Source: a virus (Duplodnaviria; Caudoviricetes). Taken from it: 64,000 nucleotides of DNA. The stretch is from the IMG/VR virus record IMGVR_UViG_3300035499_000517, positions 64,001-128,000 of that record, one strand, 5' to 3'. Positions 18,401 through 27,799 of this stretch are shown piece by piece (within the stretch, counting starts at the first letter, position 1; each line of letters opens with the position of its first letter). Under the pieces are notes generated by a model. It had not been told where the DNA came from, searched no databases, and saw only the letters and a list, made by a program, of their open reading frames with translations. Position numbers and translations under genes: made by a program.

Positions 18401-20546
18401 TGGGGCTTTAACAAGTGATAGTGATATGAATACCATTTTTACAACTATCAAAGATGGGCTTGAGCAGGTTCCCATGAAAGAAGTATCAGACTTGATGCAG
18501 GATAGTACGATCAAACGTTATGTCCAGTATCTTGTATTTAAGGAATTAAACAACGAGAATCTGAATGAGAATGATGAGCAGAATTTATATCTGCTTATCT
18601 ATATTCTTCAGATGATCTATAATGAAGGTGGTTATGATACAGGTGTGTCTGATTATGATTATGACCGCTTGTATGAGCTTTTAAATAAGAATGGAAAAGA
18701 ACTGATTTCAGTTCCGACCATTAGTGGAGAGAAAGCATTCCATAAATATCCGACGTTAAGAGGAACTCTGGAGAAGATTTATGTATTGGATGAAAAGGAT
18801 ACAGCAATCAATGAATCCAGAAAGAGCTTAACAGAATGGGTAGAAAGTGGGCAACGAATCATTGATGAGAATACGGGAAGACGTGTAAATCTTTGGGATG
18901 AATGGATTTATGTATTTCCGAAATGGGATGGAGTTTCCGTAGAGTTTGAGTTTAATGAGAAGAATGAACTTATCATGGCACTTACTCGTGGGAATACTGA
19001 AACGAATGAAGGAAAGATTGTAACATCTATATTCCTTCCACTCACAAACCGAATTGCAGATCCAGGAATGGTTGGAAGAGCATATGGATTAAAGACAGAG
19101 GTCATGGTTCATGATTATGATCTGGAAGCGTATAATAAGAAGTATAATGAGGACTTCCATTCACCAAGAAGCATAGCTTCCTCTATTGTAAATACTGGAA
19201 GCTTGGATGGAAGAGAAAATCTTCTTGAGATTGTACGATTAAGAACTTCTGTTAAGAATCCGGAAACTGGAGAAGAGAATCTTCAAAGGTTAGCGTTAAA
19301 TGCTTTTGAAAGACCGTATATCAAATGTAAATTATCGGATACAGAAGCAATTAGAAAGTTTGCATATGATCATCGAAATATTGATGGACTTAATTGTGAT
19401 GGAGCTGTTCTTTATATCATTGACGAAGAACTTCGTGGTATCTTGGGAAGAAAAGATAATAAGAACAAGTATGAAGTTGCATTTAAGTTTAATGAAGAGA
19501 TCGGTTATAGTGAAATTGAGGATATCGAATTTCGGTTAACGACATTCGGAAGAATCTTTCCAAGAGCGAAGTTCAAACCTCTGAAAATGAAAGGAAACGA
19601 AGTAAAGTGTGTTTCCTTAGGATCTATTGACCGGTTTAATAAGTTACAATTGGCAAAGGGTGACACCGTAAAGATTCACTACGAAATCGTTCCTTATCTT
19701 ACCTATGACAAGGATGATGAGAAGTGTAAACGAAGCGGAAATCCTCCAATCAAAGCACCGACAATTTGTCCAGAATGTGGGGAACCTCTGGAAGTAAATT
19801 CTACGGGAAGCTCTATCTATTGTCAGAACCCAGATTGTGGATGTAGGCATCGTGGAAAGATTTTAACATATGCAAAGCGCCTCAATATGAAGGGTGTTGG
19901 TGAAGCTACGGTAAACGATCTTTACGATGCAGGATATTTAACTTCCATTGTAGATTATTACAGATTGCAGGAGAATTATGAGAAGATCTGTAAACTCCCA
20001 GGATATGATAAAGATTCTACAGCAGCACTTTGCTTAGCAGTTGAGAAGTATGGAAGAAAAGTTCCGGCAGAAATCTTCATGGGAGCAATCGGAATTGAAA
20101 GTATTGGTCCAAAGACATTCAAGAAGATCTTTGAAGTTTATACGATTGAAGATTTGATTGAGTTTGCAGAAGATAAGCTGGTATCAAAACTCGTAGCAGT
20201 TCCGGGGATAAGCGATCTAAAGGCTTTAAAGATCTTATCTGGTGTGAGGGATAATGAAAGACTTATCAAGAAGCTCATGAAAGATTATGTAGAAGTCGTT
20301 TACCAGAAAGAAGAAGCTGGTCGTTTCGTAGCAGTATTTCATAAAATCCGTTCAGAATTAGTATCAAAGATGATTCGAGAAGCAGGTGGTATCGTAGAGG
20401 ATAATTTAACCAAGCATACAAGCTTCTTAATCGTTCCGAATGGATTCGGTGATCAACACAGTAGTGCTAGTGACAAAGCAAGAAAATACGGAGTTCCAAT
20501 CGTAGAGATTAATGATGTGGAAAACTATATTGCGAATCACTTTTAA
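18378..20546 (+). CDS. ligA: NAD-dependent DNA ligase
   Basis: SDYDYD domain Ia, KWDG adenylation motif, ALTRGN, OB fold, Cys4 zinc finger CPECG...CQNPDC, HhH motifs, C-terminal BRCT; ATG 18378 after AAGGAGG. Confidence 0.95.
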   Translation: MTIQELINGALTSDSDMNTIFTTIKDGLEQVPMKEVSDLMQDSTIKRYVQYLVFKELNNENLNENDEQNLYLLIYILQMIYNEGGYDTGVSDYDYDRLYELLNKNGKELISVPTISGEKAFHKYPTLRGTLEKIYVLDEKDTAINESRKSLTEWVESGQRIIDENTGRRVNLWDEWIYVFPKWDGVSVEFEFNEKNELIMALTRGNTETNEGKIVTSIFLPLTNRIADPGMVGRAYGLKTEVMVHDYDLEAYNKKYNEDFHSPRSIASSIVNTGSLDGRENLLEIVRLRTSVKNPETGEENLQRLALNAFERPYIKCKLSDTEAIRKFAYDHRNIDGLNCDGAVLYIIDEELRGILGRKDNKNKYEVAFKFNEEIGYSEIEDIEFRLTTFGRIFPRAKFKPLKMKGNEVKCVSLGSIDRFNKLQLAKGDTVKIHYEIVPYLTYDKDDEKCKRSGNPPIKAPTICPECGEPLEVNSTGSSIYCQNPDCGCRHRGKILTYAKRLNMKGVGEATVNDLYDAGYLTSIVDYYRLQENYEKICKLPGYDKDSTAALCLAVEKYGRKVPAEIFMGAIGIESIGPKTFKKIFEVYTIEDLIEFAEDKLVSKLVAVPGISDLKALKILSGVRDNERLIKKLMKDYVEVVYQKEEAGRFVAVFHKIRSELVSKMIREAGGIVEDNLTKHTSFLIVPNGFGDQHSSASDKARKYGVPIVEINDVENYIANHF

Positions 20547-20671
20547 CTAATCAGGTCTAGTCTTCGATTTGAGGACTAGACCATTATTTTAACAAGGAGG
20601 ATTTTAAACACATGAAAACTTAATACGAGAAGGTCCCTTATAAACTCACACAAAAATGGAGGGATAAATTA

Positions 20672-21415
20672 ATGAATCCGAACAGAAGAGTGATTACATT
20701 AATTGGTTCAACGAAGTTCAAAGATGAATTTCTTAAGTTGAACAAGAAGCTGACACGACAAGGATACGTCGTAGTCCACACGCCTTATTTCTCTCATGCA
20801 GAAGGGGAGGAGTTATCAGATAAACTGGTGAATACCCTTTATCGGGTTGGAAAAGTCAGGATTGATAACTCACAATGTGTTATTGTAATCAACAAAGATG
20901 GTTACATAGGAGAGAGCACAAGGTATGAAATCCTGTATGCACTGCTTGTTGGAGTTCCGGTGATTTATCAGTATCAGGAATATCCAACTCCAAATATCAG
21001 TGTACAAAGGATCAAAAAGCATAATGTAGAAAGGCTACAGATTTATTCTGGGAGACAACAGGGTTCTACAAGTATGCTGATCGTACTGGCAGCAATGAAG
21101 AATGCTTATATCGTTTCACTTACGATAGAAGAAGGAAAACATCTCTTGAGACATGCAAGAGCAATGGGAGAAGAAATCCCTGGTGTTCTTGTAGTAGATG
21201 AAAACCGTCGAGAATTCATTCGCCTAACAGATACATTAAGTTCAAAGAAAGGAAAATCAGACATTGATCGTTCTGATCCAATTCCTTTAGCAGACTTATC
21301 ATCTATGGGTCCTCTCTTAATTGATGATTCGAATGACAGAGAGTGGGGTCCAGATGCAATTGAAGCTCGCACTGATGTAATCGGTGAAGTCTTCACGTTA
21401 GATAACATCATATGA
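20672..21415 (+). CDS. Nucleoside 2-deoxyribosyltransferase-like domain fused to a degenerate P-loop-like domain
   Basis: VITLIGSTKFKDEF...RIDNSQCVIVINKDGYIGESTRYEILYA; C-terminal GRQQGST...LLIDD. Confidence 0.55.
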   Translation: MNPNRRVITLIGSTKFKDEFLKLNKKLTRQGYVVVHTPYFSHAEGEELSDKLVNTLYRVGKVRIDNSQCVIVINKDGYIGESTRYEILYALLVGVPVIYQYQEYPTPNISVQRIKKHNVERLQIYSGRQQGSTSMLIVLAAMKNAYIVSLTIEEGKHLLRHARAMGEEIPGVLVVDENRREFIRLTDTLSSKKGKSDIDRSDPIPLADLSSMGPLLIDDSNDREWGPDAIEARTDVIGEVFTLDNII

Positions 21416-21440
21416 TAAATCTAACGAATATGAATACGAA

Positions 21441-22352
21441 ATGAAGGGGTTAAATAGTATGAAAAACGAAAGTATTGAATACGGCCTTGCATTTATTACT
21501 AGTTTAGAGGGGATAGCAAGTTCCCTTACAAATTCCAAGTTGGATATCATTTTGGATATCTTAAAAGACGACAATACAGCAGTGTTTGAACTTGGGGAAG
21601 CTGCTGGATTAATTACGCGCGTGAAAGATAAAATTAAGAACGCGCTCGAAAGTGAAGGAGAATTAAAAGACATGAGCAATGTAAATAACACAACAACGAC
21701 AGAGAAGAACGAAACTCCATTTGGCATGAGAAGTTTGGTATCAGCTGGATTACCGGAGTTTCTTGGCAAATATATCAAAGAGAAGGCAGTAAAAGCTGCT
21801 GAGGAGAATCCGGATGATTCTCTCATTCAGGAATTCGTAGAGAGATATGTAAACAACGAGAATCCGCTCGCGGAGAATGGAATCTACCGCGTTGGATATG
21901 CAACCTCTAAAGAGGGAAATGAGTTTATCTATGCGAAGAGACTGGCTCCGCTTAACAAGAGCCGTCTGAACGAGTTCCGTAAGTTAAAGGACTACGACAC
22001 ATTCACTGAGGATCAGTACAATGACTTCTTAAGAAATGTCGTTGTTTCTGGAACCGGCGCAGAGATCGCGGAAAACATGTATGGATGGCTGAATGCTTAT
22101 CTGCTGGTAGATGAGCCGACCGAGGAAGAGGTTGAGAAGTGTGATATGATTATCAACTTCGTAAACCGTATGATTTTTGGAAACCGTCCGATTGATGAGA
22201 GTAGAAAGTACACACTCGTTGCTACGTATGATGAGGATGACTCCTCTCACATCACCAGTATCCGTATCAGTTTCCCAAACTCGGGAGCATCGGATAAGCG
22301 TGGTGGAAACCGCAATAACAAAGGCGGTAAGAAATTCAATAAGAGGAAATAA
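21441..22352 (+). CDS. Hypothetical protein with basic C-terminal tail
   Basis: 303 aa ORF followed by terminator 22364-22402; possible internal start at 21672 after AAGGAG. Confidence 0.7.
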   Translation: MKGLNSMKNESIEYGLAFITSLEGIASSLTNSKLDIILDILKDDNTAVFELGEAAGLITRVKDKIKNALESEGELKDMSNVNNTTTTEKNETPFGMRSLVSAGLPEFLGKYIKEKAVKAAEENPDDSLIQEFVERYVNNENPLAENGIYRVGYATSKEGNEFIYAKRLAPLNKSRLNEFRKLKDYDTFTEDQYNDFLRNVVVSGTGAEIAENMYGWLNAYLLVDEPTEEEVEKCDMIINFVNRMIFGNRPIDESRKYTLVATYDEDDSSHITSIRISFPNSGASDKRGGNRNNKGGKKFNKRK

Positions 22353-22407
22353 TTTCCATAATTTTGGGAAGCTGCAAGATGTTTGTGGCTTCCCAATTTT
22401 TTACTCA

Positions 22408-22712
22408 CTTTCGCGCTTACTAATTATTTCTTGCTTATACATGGGGAAATTGTAGTAAGAATTGCAACACAAAGCGAAAGATCACCCACCAATAGGTAAT
22501 ATTTGTGCATCTGTTTAAGGTGTATAGGTATTACCTATTGATGAAGCCTTTTGAAGTACCGAAAGAGGAAGAAATCGAAGAATACTTAACAAAAGAAACT
22601 CGGTAATTTGTGTACAATTCAGAGACCAAATTATTTTCTTAAAATGGTAAACCAAGATTTCGTTGGGACAGATTTTAAGAGCCCTCCCGAAAGGGAGGGT
22701 GAGTCTTTTTTC
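22408..22712 (+). ncRNA. Candidate structured non-coding RNA
   Basis: Intergenic; nested stems including a 22-bp G-U-containing hairpin 22490-22540; ends in GAAA-tetraloop terminator. Confidence 0.45.
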
Positions 22713-22737
22713 CCTTCAGGATTTGAATTTTAGTAAA

Positions 22738-22756
22738 TTTCACTTATATAATATCT
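22738..22756 (+). promoter_or_regulatory. Putative early promoter motif
   Basis: TTTCACTTATATAATATCT. Confidence 0.75.
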
Positions 22757-22852
22757 AGGTGTAGATTACAAATAAAACATAACCAACTTTAAAAACTAAG
22801 GATTCATTAAAATGAATCCCAAATCAAATCATTCCAAGGAGGAAAAAAAGTC

Positions 22853-23152
22853 ATGAGTAAATTTGGAGAATTTGTAAGCAAGGCAATGGAAGATCACAGA
22901 GCAAGAAAGGCAGCAAAGGAAGCAGCACGGGCAGCATACAAGGCAGCAAAGGATAATTATCTGGAGCGTTTAGATGCAGCATTCCGTACAATCCAGCCAA
23001 TTGTTGATGAAGGCTTACAGAAGAAGTACATCTCACGGGAAACGGTGGCGTATCACTACTGTCCGGAAATGAAGCATATCAAGGATGCGTATGATCGTAT
23101 CAAGCGTGAAGAGTTAGTACAGAAGAGTCAGAAGCTCTTTGAGACAAAGTAG
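22853..23152 (+). CDS. Small helical hypothetical early protein
   Basis: SD AAGGAGG; monocistronic between early promoter and terminator ~23172-23198. Confidence 0.8.
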   Translation: MSKFGEFVSKAMEDHRARKAAKEAARAAYKAAKDNYLERLDAAFRTIQPIVDEGLQKKYISRETVAYHYCPEMKHIKDAYDRIKREELVQKSQKLFETK

Positions 23153-23249
23153 TAAAAAACGAAAGTTTTCCGGGGCGCTCTATGGGCGCTCTTTTTTTCC
23201 TCTTGGAACATAGAATTTCTCCTGGAGTTTGGTTTTTTGTATACGAAAA

Positions 23250-23261
23250 GACAAAAGATTA
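23250..23261 (+). promoter_or_regulatory. Putative late/middle promoter variant GACA-N6-TA
   Basis: GACAAAAGATTA upstream of recombinase. Confidence 0.45.
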
Positions 23262-23287
23262 ATCGAATTTAAAAGGAGGAATTAAAA

Positions 23288-24508
23288 TTGAGTAGTGCAT
23301 TAAAAGAAGCATTAATCGCTGAGCATGGAGACATGTTTGAATCAAACATGGTCATTGATTCCTATAAGACAGGAATCGCCCCACTTGATTATTATCTGGG
23401 GTATATGCTTAGCGTATTTAAAGAAGATAACACAGTAGATTACACTTACCCGTGTCTGGGATTTAATGGAGGTTGTAATGTCTTAACGATTGGAAAATCG
23501 TCGACAGCAAAGACCTCTGTAGATCTTTTCATTGCAGCAATGATTGTAAGACCTTATGAAAATGGATTGATTATTCATTATGATTTGGAACAAGCAATGA
23601 ATATGACACGAGCAAAAGCAATGACAAGATTCTCTGTCAATGAATTAAAAGACAAGTATGTATTAAGACAGATGAACTCGACGATTGAAGATATTAAGAA
23701 AATGATTATGGAGATTTATAAAACAAAAACCTCCAACCCGAAACAGTATATGTATGATAGTGGAAAGAAGGATGAGTTTGGAAATCCGGTTGTGATGTAT
23801 CAACCGACAGTCATTCTGATTGATTCTATTCCAACCTTGGTTACAAAGTTAAACGAGGGAAATGCAAAGGAATGGCAGAAGTTAGAAGAGGTGACATCAC
23901 AAACAGACCGAATGAGATTGACTGGTGAGATTGGAAGATTCTATACAGATGTGCTCCCATATCTTAGAGCAGCAAATATCATGGTTTTCTCTATCAATCA
24001 TATCAAAGTGAACCCGCAGATGGGAATTGTTAAGAGCCCTGCTGAGTTACTGTACTTAAAGCAGGATGAGGCCTTACCAGGAGGAAAGGCAGTCGTTTAT
24101 TATGCGCATTACATGCTGAAACATGTTGCTGTTGGTTCTGGGAAATATAACCTGGAAGATGATGGATTCGACGGCTTTCTTATCCGGGTCGAAATAATAA
24201 AGTCAAGGTCAAATCAGGCAGGGCAATATGTAGAGATTATCTATGACAAAAACAAAGGTGTATCACCGGTAAGAACCTGCATCCATTTTGCAAAAGAGAA
24301 TGGATTAATTGGTGGAAATAAGAATGCGATGTATTTCGTAAATAATAAAGATAATAAATTTCCACTTCGTACAGTAGAGCAGTTCTTCTCCGAGAATAAA
24401 GAGATGTATAAGATCATGTATGATCACATCTTACCATTACTGGAGAGCCGGTTATCATATGTAAAACCGGATGAACTGGTAGTGGATGATGCCCTTTTAG
24501 ATTACTAA
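23288..24508 (+). CDS. uvsX: RecA/UvsX-like recombinase
   Basis: TGIAPLDYYLG, Walker A GKSSTAKT, YDLEQA, Walker B VILIDSI, INHI, PGGKA, IIKSR. Confidence 0.9.
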   Translation: MSSALKEALIAEHGDMFESNMVIDSYKTGIAPLDYYLGYMLSVFKEDNTVDYTYPCLGFNGGCNVLTIGKSSTAKTSVDLFIAAMIVRPYENGLIIHYDLEQAMNMTRAKAMTRFSVNELKDKYVLRQMNSTIEDIKKMIMEIYKTKTSNPKQYMYDSGKKDEFGNPVVMYQPTVILIDSIPTLVTKLNEGNAKEWQKLEEVTSQTDRMRLTGEIGRFYTDVLPYLRAANIMVFSINHIKVNPQMGIVKSPAELLYLKQDEALPGGKAVVYYAHYMLKHVAVGSGKYNLEDDGFDGFLIRVEIIKSRSNQAGQYVEIIYDKNKGVSPVRTCIHFAKENGLIGGNKNAMYFVNNKDNKFPLRTVEQFFSENKEMYKIMYDHILPLLESRLSYVKPDELVVDDALLDY

Positions 24509-24520
24509 TAAAGACAAAAG

Positions 24521-24557
24521 AAAAGGAGATAGAACCATTTTGTTCTATCTCCTTTTT
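24521..24557. terminator. Bidirectional intrinsic terminator
   Basis: AAAAGGAGATAGAAC/GTTCTATCTCCTTTT. Confidence 0.8.
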
Positions 24558-24567
24558 AAGTCTCAAT

Positions 24568-26688
24568 TTAGACAAGATCGAAAAGGTCATCCATCTCGTC
24601 ATCGAGGATCGCTTCTTCAGCGGACTCTGTGAAGAGTGAATCATCATCAAATGACTCATCTGCCCCTTCTGCAAAAGATTCACCGGAATCAAGATCTTCA
24701 CCACGCTCAAATGCGAGTGCAGCTTCCACAGCTTCAAGATAAGCATCATCATGCTCTTCCGAAGCTTCAGCAGTCTCTTCCATGAAAGAATCATTCTCAA
24801 ATGCAGTTGCAACATCAGCTGCCTCAGCAAATGGATCAACCTCAGAAGAAATCTCATCCTCAGCAGATTCATGAACTGCTTTTCCGTTACCAGAATTCAG
24901 CTTAAGCTGCGCAGCAAATGCACCGATAGCTGAAGCAAGTCCGATAACGCCAACAACAGAACCAAGAACTTTCTTGTTTGCTCTTGCATATGCCTGTGAT
25001 ACTTTGTACTTGAAAGATGCTTTTCTCTTTGCTTCTGCAGCAAGTTCAGCAGCAGCCTGTGCCTGAGCACGCTCAAGTTCAGCAGCTTCTTTCTCAAGAC
25101 GATACATCTCTGTATCAATAGACTTCTTCAACGCTGTAAGTGTTTTCTCCTGGAAGTTTGAAAGCTTCATGCAGTAAGAACGAACCTGATTTGCAGTGTA
25201 TGGGTTCCAAAGCTTCATGTTCGCATTCTGTCCATACGGAGAGGTATCAATTCTTTCAACCTCTTTCTCAAGATCGACATTTGCAATATCGATCTGATCA
25301 TTCGCCTGATCAGATGTAAGCTTTCCACGAGTATACGCCTGTTCAATCTTCTTGATCTGTATCGTATACTTGTTCCAAGCAATCGTAATTTCTTTCGTAC
25401 GTTTCGAGATATCCTTATCTTTCATATTGTACTTGATCTGACGATTAGAGGATGCTGCCTTACATGTGAGGACTGCCTTTAACTTGGCAACCTCAAACTT
25501 AGCTTTTACATCATCATAAAGCTTCTTGATCTTTTCGATGAGTTTCTTAATTGCGTTTGAGATTTTACTCCCAATGTCACTGAGCGATGACTCTTCAAAT
25601 AATTCGTCAGCAGACTCGCTGAAAGGGTCAACTCCAAACAGATCCTCGGTGCTCATATCTCCGGACTCCATTTGGATCTCACCAAAAAAATAGCTGCCCT
25701 CATCGCCGAAGTCACCATCTTCGGCAGACTCGGTATGTGCTCCAACAAGCTTGTTGAAACTCTTTGCTTCAGAAGCCTGCTTTGCATTTCCGATTCCCTC
25801 ACGGATCTTGCTGATACCGGATGTGAAAGCACCCTTAACAGCATTCATTCCGTCAGAAGTGATCTTTGCAAGTGCATTAGCCTTTCTTGCAGCCAGTCTC
25901 TCCAGCTTACTCGGCTCGTTTGCAACATACTTCTTGTATCCCTTAGAATTCTTGTACGCCTCACGCTCAGCCTTAAGGTCCGAAGCGGTCTTCTTAGCGT
26001 CCTGATATGCATCACCAAAGATGCTATCATTCTTAAGGCGATCATGAGTGCTTACAGCTTTGCCGGTTGCCTGTGCCTCAGCACGAGCTCTCTCAGAGAT
26101 ATTCTTACCGAGCTTGATCTGCTCATTCATAGCTTTCTGCTCTTTTGCAAGGAGCGCCTGACCGTAGTCGTTTACTTCCTTTGCTTTCTTAATGTGATTC
26201 TGTGCATGGTGTACATAAACACCGATAGCAGCAGCGATTGTTGCTGTTACAGCGAACACACCGGCTACATTACGCTTCTTCTCATACTCGGCAACGATCT
26301 TGTCAATCTCCTCAACACTCTTTGCCTCAGAAATTCTCTTCTGATAGGTCTTTGTGAACTTCACGATACGGCCGGCATCGAGAACCTCAACCTTCTTTGC
26401 CGCAAGCTCCTTATCCTCAAGAGCCTCATCTGCTTTCTGCTTAAACAGTTTTGCCTTTGCAGAAGCAAAGAAATCACTGAAAAACTTTGCGATAGACTCT
26501 GCCAGCTTCTTGATCTTCTCAATGAGCTTCTGAACAATGTTCTGGTCATTGCCCTCACCAGCCTCTTCAAAATAAAAGGCATCCATATAGTCATTATATG
26601 ACTGAGTAGCCTGGACGCACTCTAAGTAAGCAACGTCAGCTTCTCTGTTACTGATATTATATGCTTCCAATTTATTTTCCTCCTTCAT
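24568..26688 (-). CDS. Putative head/inner-body protein with two tandem family modules
   Basis: Two KLIEKIKKL modules each preceded by FEE[AS]; two hydrophobic segments; acidic spacers with FSES/FTES/FAEA. Confidence 0.78.
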   Translation of the reverse strand: MKEENKLEAYNISNREADVAYLECVQATQSYNDYMDAFYFEEAGEGNDQNIVQKLIEKIKKLAESIAKFFSDFFASAKAKLFKQKADEALEDKELAAKKVEVLDAGRIVKFTKTYQKRISEAKSVEEIDKIVAEYEKKRNVAGVFAVTATIAAAIGVYVHHAQNHIKKAKEVNDYGQALLAKEQKAMNEQIKLGKNISERARAEAQATGKAVSTHDRLKNDSIFGDAYQDAKKTASDLKAEREAYKNSKGYKKYVANEPSKLERLAARKANALAKITSDGMNAVKGAFTSGISKIREGIGNAKQASEAKSFNKLVGAHTESAEDGDFGDEGSYFFGEIQMESGDMSTEDLFGVDPFSESADELFEESSLSDIGSKISNAIKKLIEKIKKLYDDVKAKFEVAKLKAVLTCKAASSNRQIKYNMKDKDISKRTKEITIAWNKYTIQIKKIEQAYTRGKLTSDQANDQIDIANVDLEKEVERIDTSPYGQNANMKLWNPYTANQVRSYCMKLSNFQEKTLTALKKSIDTEMYRLEKEAAELERAQAQAAAELAAEAKRKASFKYKVSQAYARANKKVLGSVVGVIGLASAIGAFAAQLKLNSGNGKAVHESAEDEISSEVDPFAEAADVATAFENDSFMEETAEASEEHDDAYLEAVEAALAFERGEDLDSGESFAEGADESFDDDSLFTESAEEAILDDEMDDLFDLV

Positions 26689-26707
26689 TATTTTTGTAAT
26701 AGGGATT

Positions 26708-26719
26708 TACTATAATGTT
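26708..26719 (-). promoter_or_regulatory. Putative late promoter AACA-N6-TA
   Basis: Minus strand AACATTATAGTA. Confidence 0.65.
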
Positions 26720-26750
26720 TTCGTTGTAAAATCATGGATTATTGTTCATC

Positions 26751-27629
26751 TTAAGAACTTGCAAGTTTCTTTAAGCCACTTTTTCTATCAGCAGCTCCAG
26801 CTTTTAATGTAGATAAAGCATCTGATGTAATCCTAGAAATAGTTTTACTCTTTAAAAGAATTAATCCACCAATAGCAAAAGACTTTAAGCCCGTTCTATA
26901 CTTTCCAGCACGAGATCCTGCAATTTCTGCTGGTTTTCCCATTTTATCCAGATAAGCTGAATCCGCTTTCTTCCTCTTATCCATGTAATTGGAAAACTCA
27001 CGATTTACGTCACCAACATAACTGAATGGATCTGAACTATCTTTAAATTTCTTTCTGAGTTTCTCAGAAGTTGCATCGTACTCCTTATCGAGCTTACTAA
27101 TAGTAGCTTCGTAAGGGGCCTTTGCTTTTTCAAGTTCATCACATGCTATATTATAATCATGCTCCAGATTATCAGCTGCTTTTATTTCATAAACACCAAA
27201 ACCAATAACAGCTCCGGCAGCTGCAAAAACGAAACATCTTGTCTTCTTAACATCATATTCTTTAACGATTTTATTGATCTCTTCTTCACTCTTCGCATTC
27301 TTTATCTTTTCTACGAATGTCTTCGATAAAGCATAAAGTTTCTTGGAATCTAAGACTTTCATCTTTGTATTCTCAAGATGCTTTGCTGCTAATTCCTCAT
27401 TCATCCGATCAATTTCTTTTTGTCTTTCAGATTTTTCACCGAAAAGATTCAAAATGAATTCTTTTACCTTTTGAACAAGATCTTTCATCTTATTTTTTAA
27501 TTTGGTAAAGAAAGATGAATCATCACCAGATTCTGTATATAAATCGATAGTCGCAGAATCCGTTAATGTATCAACATAATGATTACATTCTAAGTAAGCA
27601 AGATCTACTTCCTTTCCGAATATATCCAT
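26751..27629 (-). CDS. Putative head/inner-body paralog (similar to N-terminal module of 24568..26688)
   Basis: EVDLAYLEC vs EADVAYLEC; AKSEEEINKIVKEY vs AKSVEEIDKIVAEY; hydrophobic CFVFAAAGAVIGFGVY. Confidence 0.78.
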   Translation of the reverse strand: MDIFGKEVDLAYLECNHYVDTLTDSATIDLYTESGDDSSFFTKLKNKMKDLVQKVKEFILNLFGEKSERQKEIDRMNEELAAKHLENTKMKVLDSKKLYALSKTFVEKIKNAKSEEEINKIVKEYDVKKTRCFVFAAAGAVIGFGVYEIKAADNLEHDYNIACDELEKAKAPYEATISKLDKEYDATSEKLRKKFKDSSDPFSYVGDVNREFSNYMDKRKKADSAYLDKMGKPAEIAGSRAGKYRTGLKSFAIGGLILLKSKTISRITSDALSTLKAGAADRKSGLKKLASS

Positions 27630-27689
27630 ACTATCATTCCTTTCTTATTTATCTAAGTCTTAACCTAAAGTTTTTTCAAGAATCTTACA

Positions 27690-27708
27690 TTTCACTTATA
27701 TATTATCT
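27690..27708 (+). promoter_or_regulatory. Putative early promoter motif
   Basis: TTTCACTTATATATTATCT. Confidence 0.75.
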
Positions 27709-27799
27709 AATTGATGAGGTAGCAATATCATATATCTCATTTTCCAAATCAATGGCATCCCAAGCAGCCAAAGAGAAAGCTTGGAGAAAGGAGTCTTAT

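Noticed and set aside
25672-26601. 309-aa plus-strand ORF (and similar antisense ORFs 5356..5880, 43140..43685)
   Set aside because: Fully antisense to strongly codon-biased structural genes, no SD, L/S/C-rich shadow composition.
27566-27799. Long N-terminal extensions in the ORF track (27566, 376, 1719, 18348, 38663, 48184)
   Set aside because: They overlap promoters, terminators or neighbouring genes; downstream ATGs have strong SD sequences.
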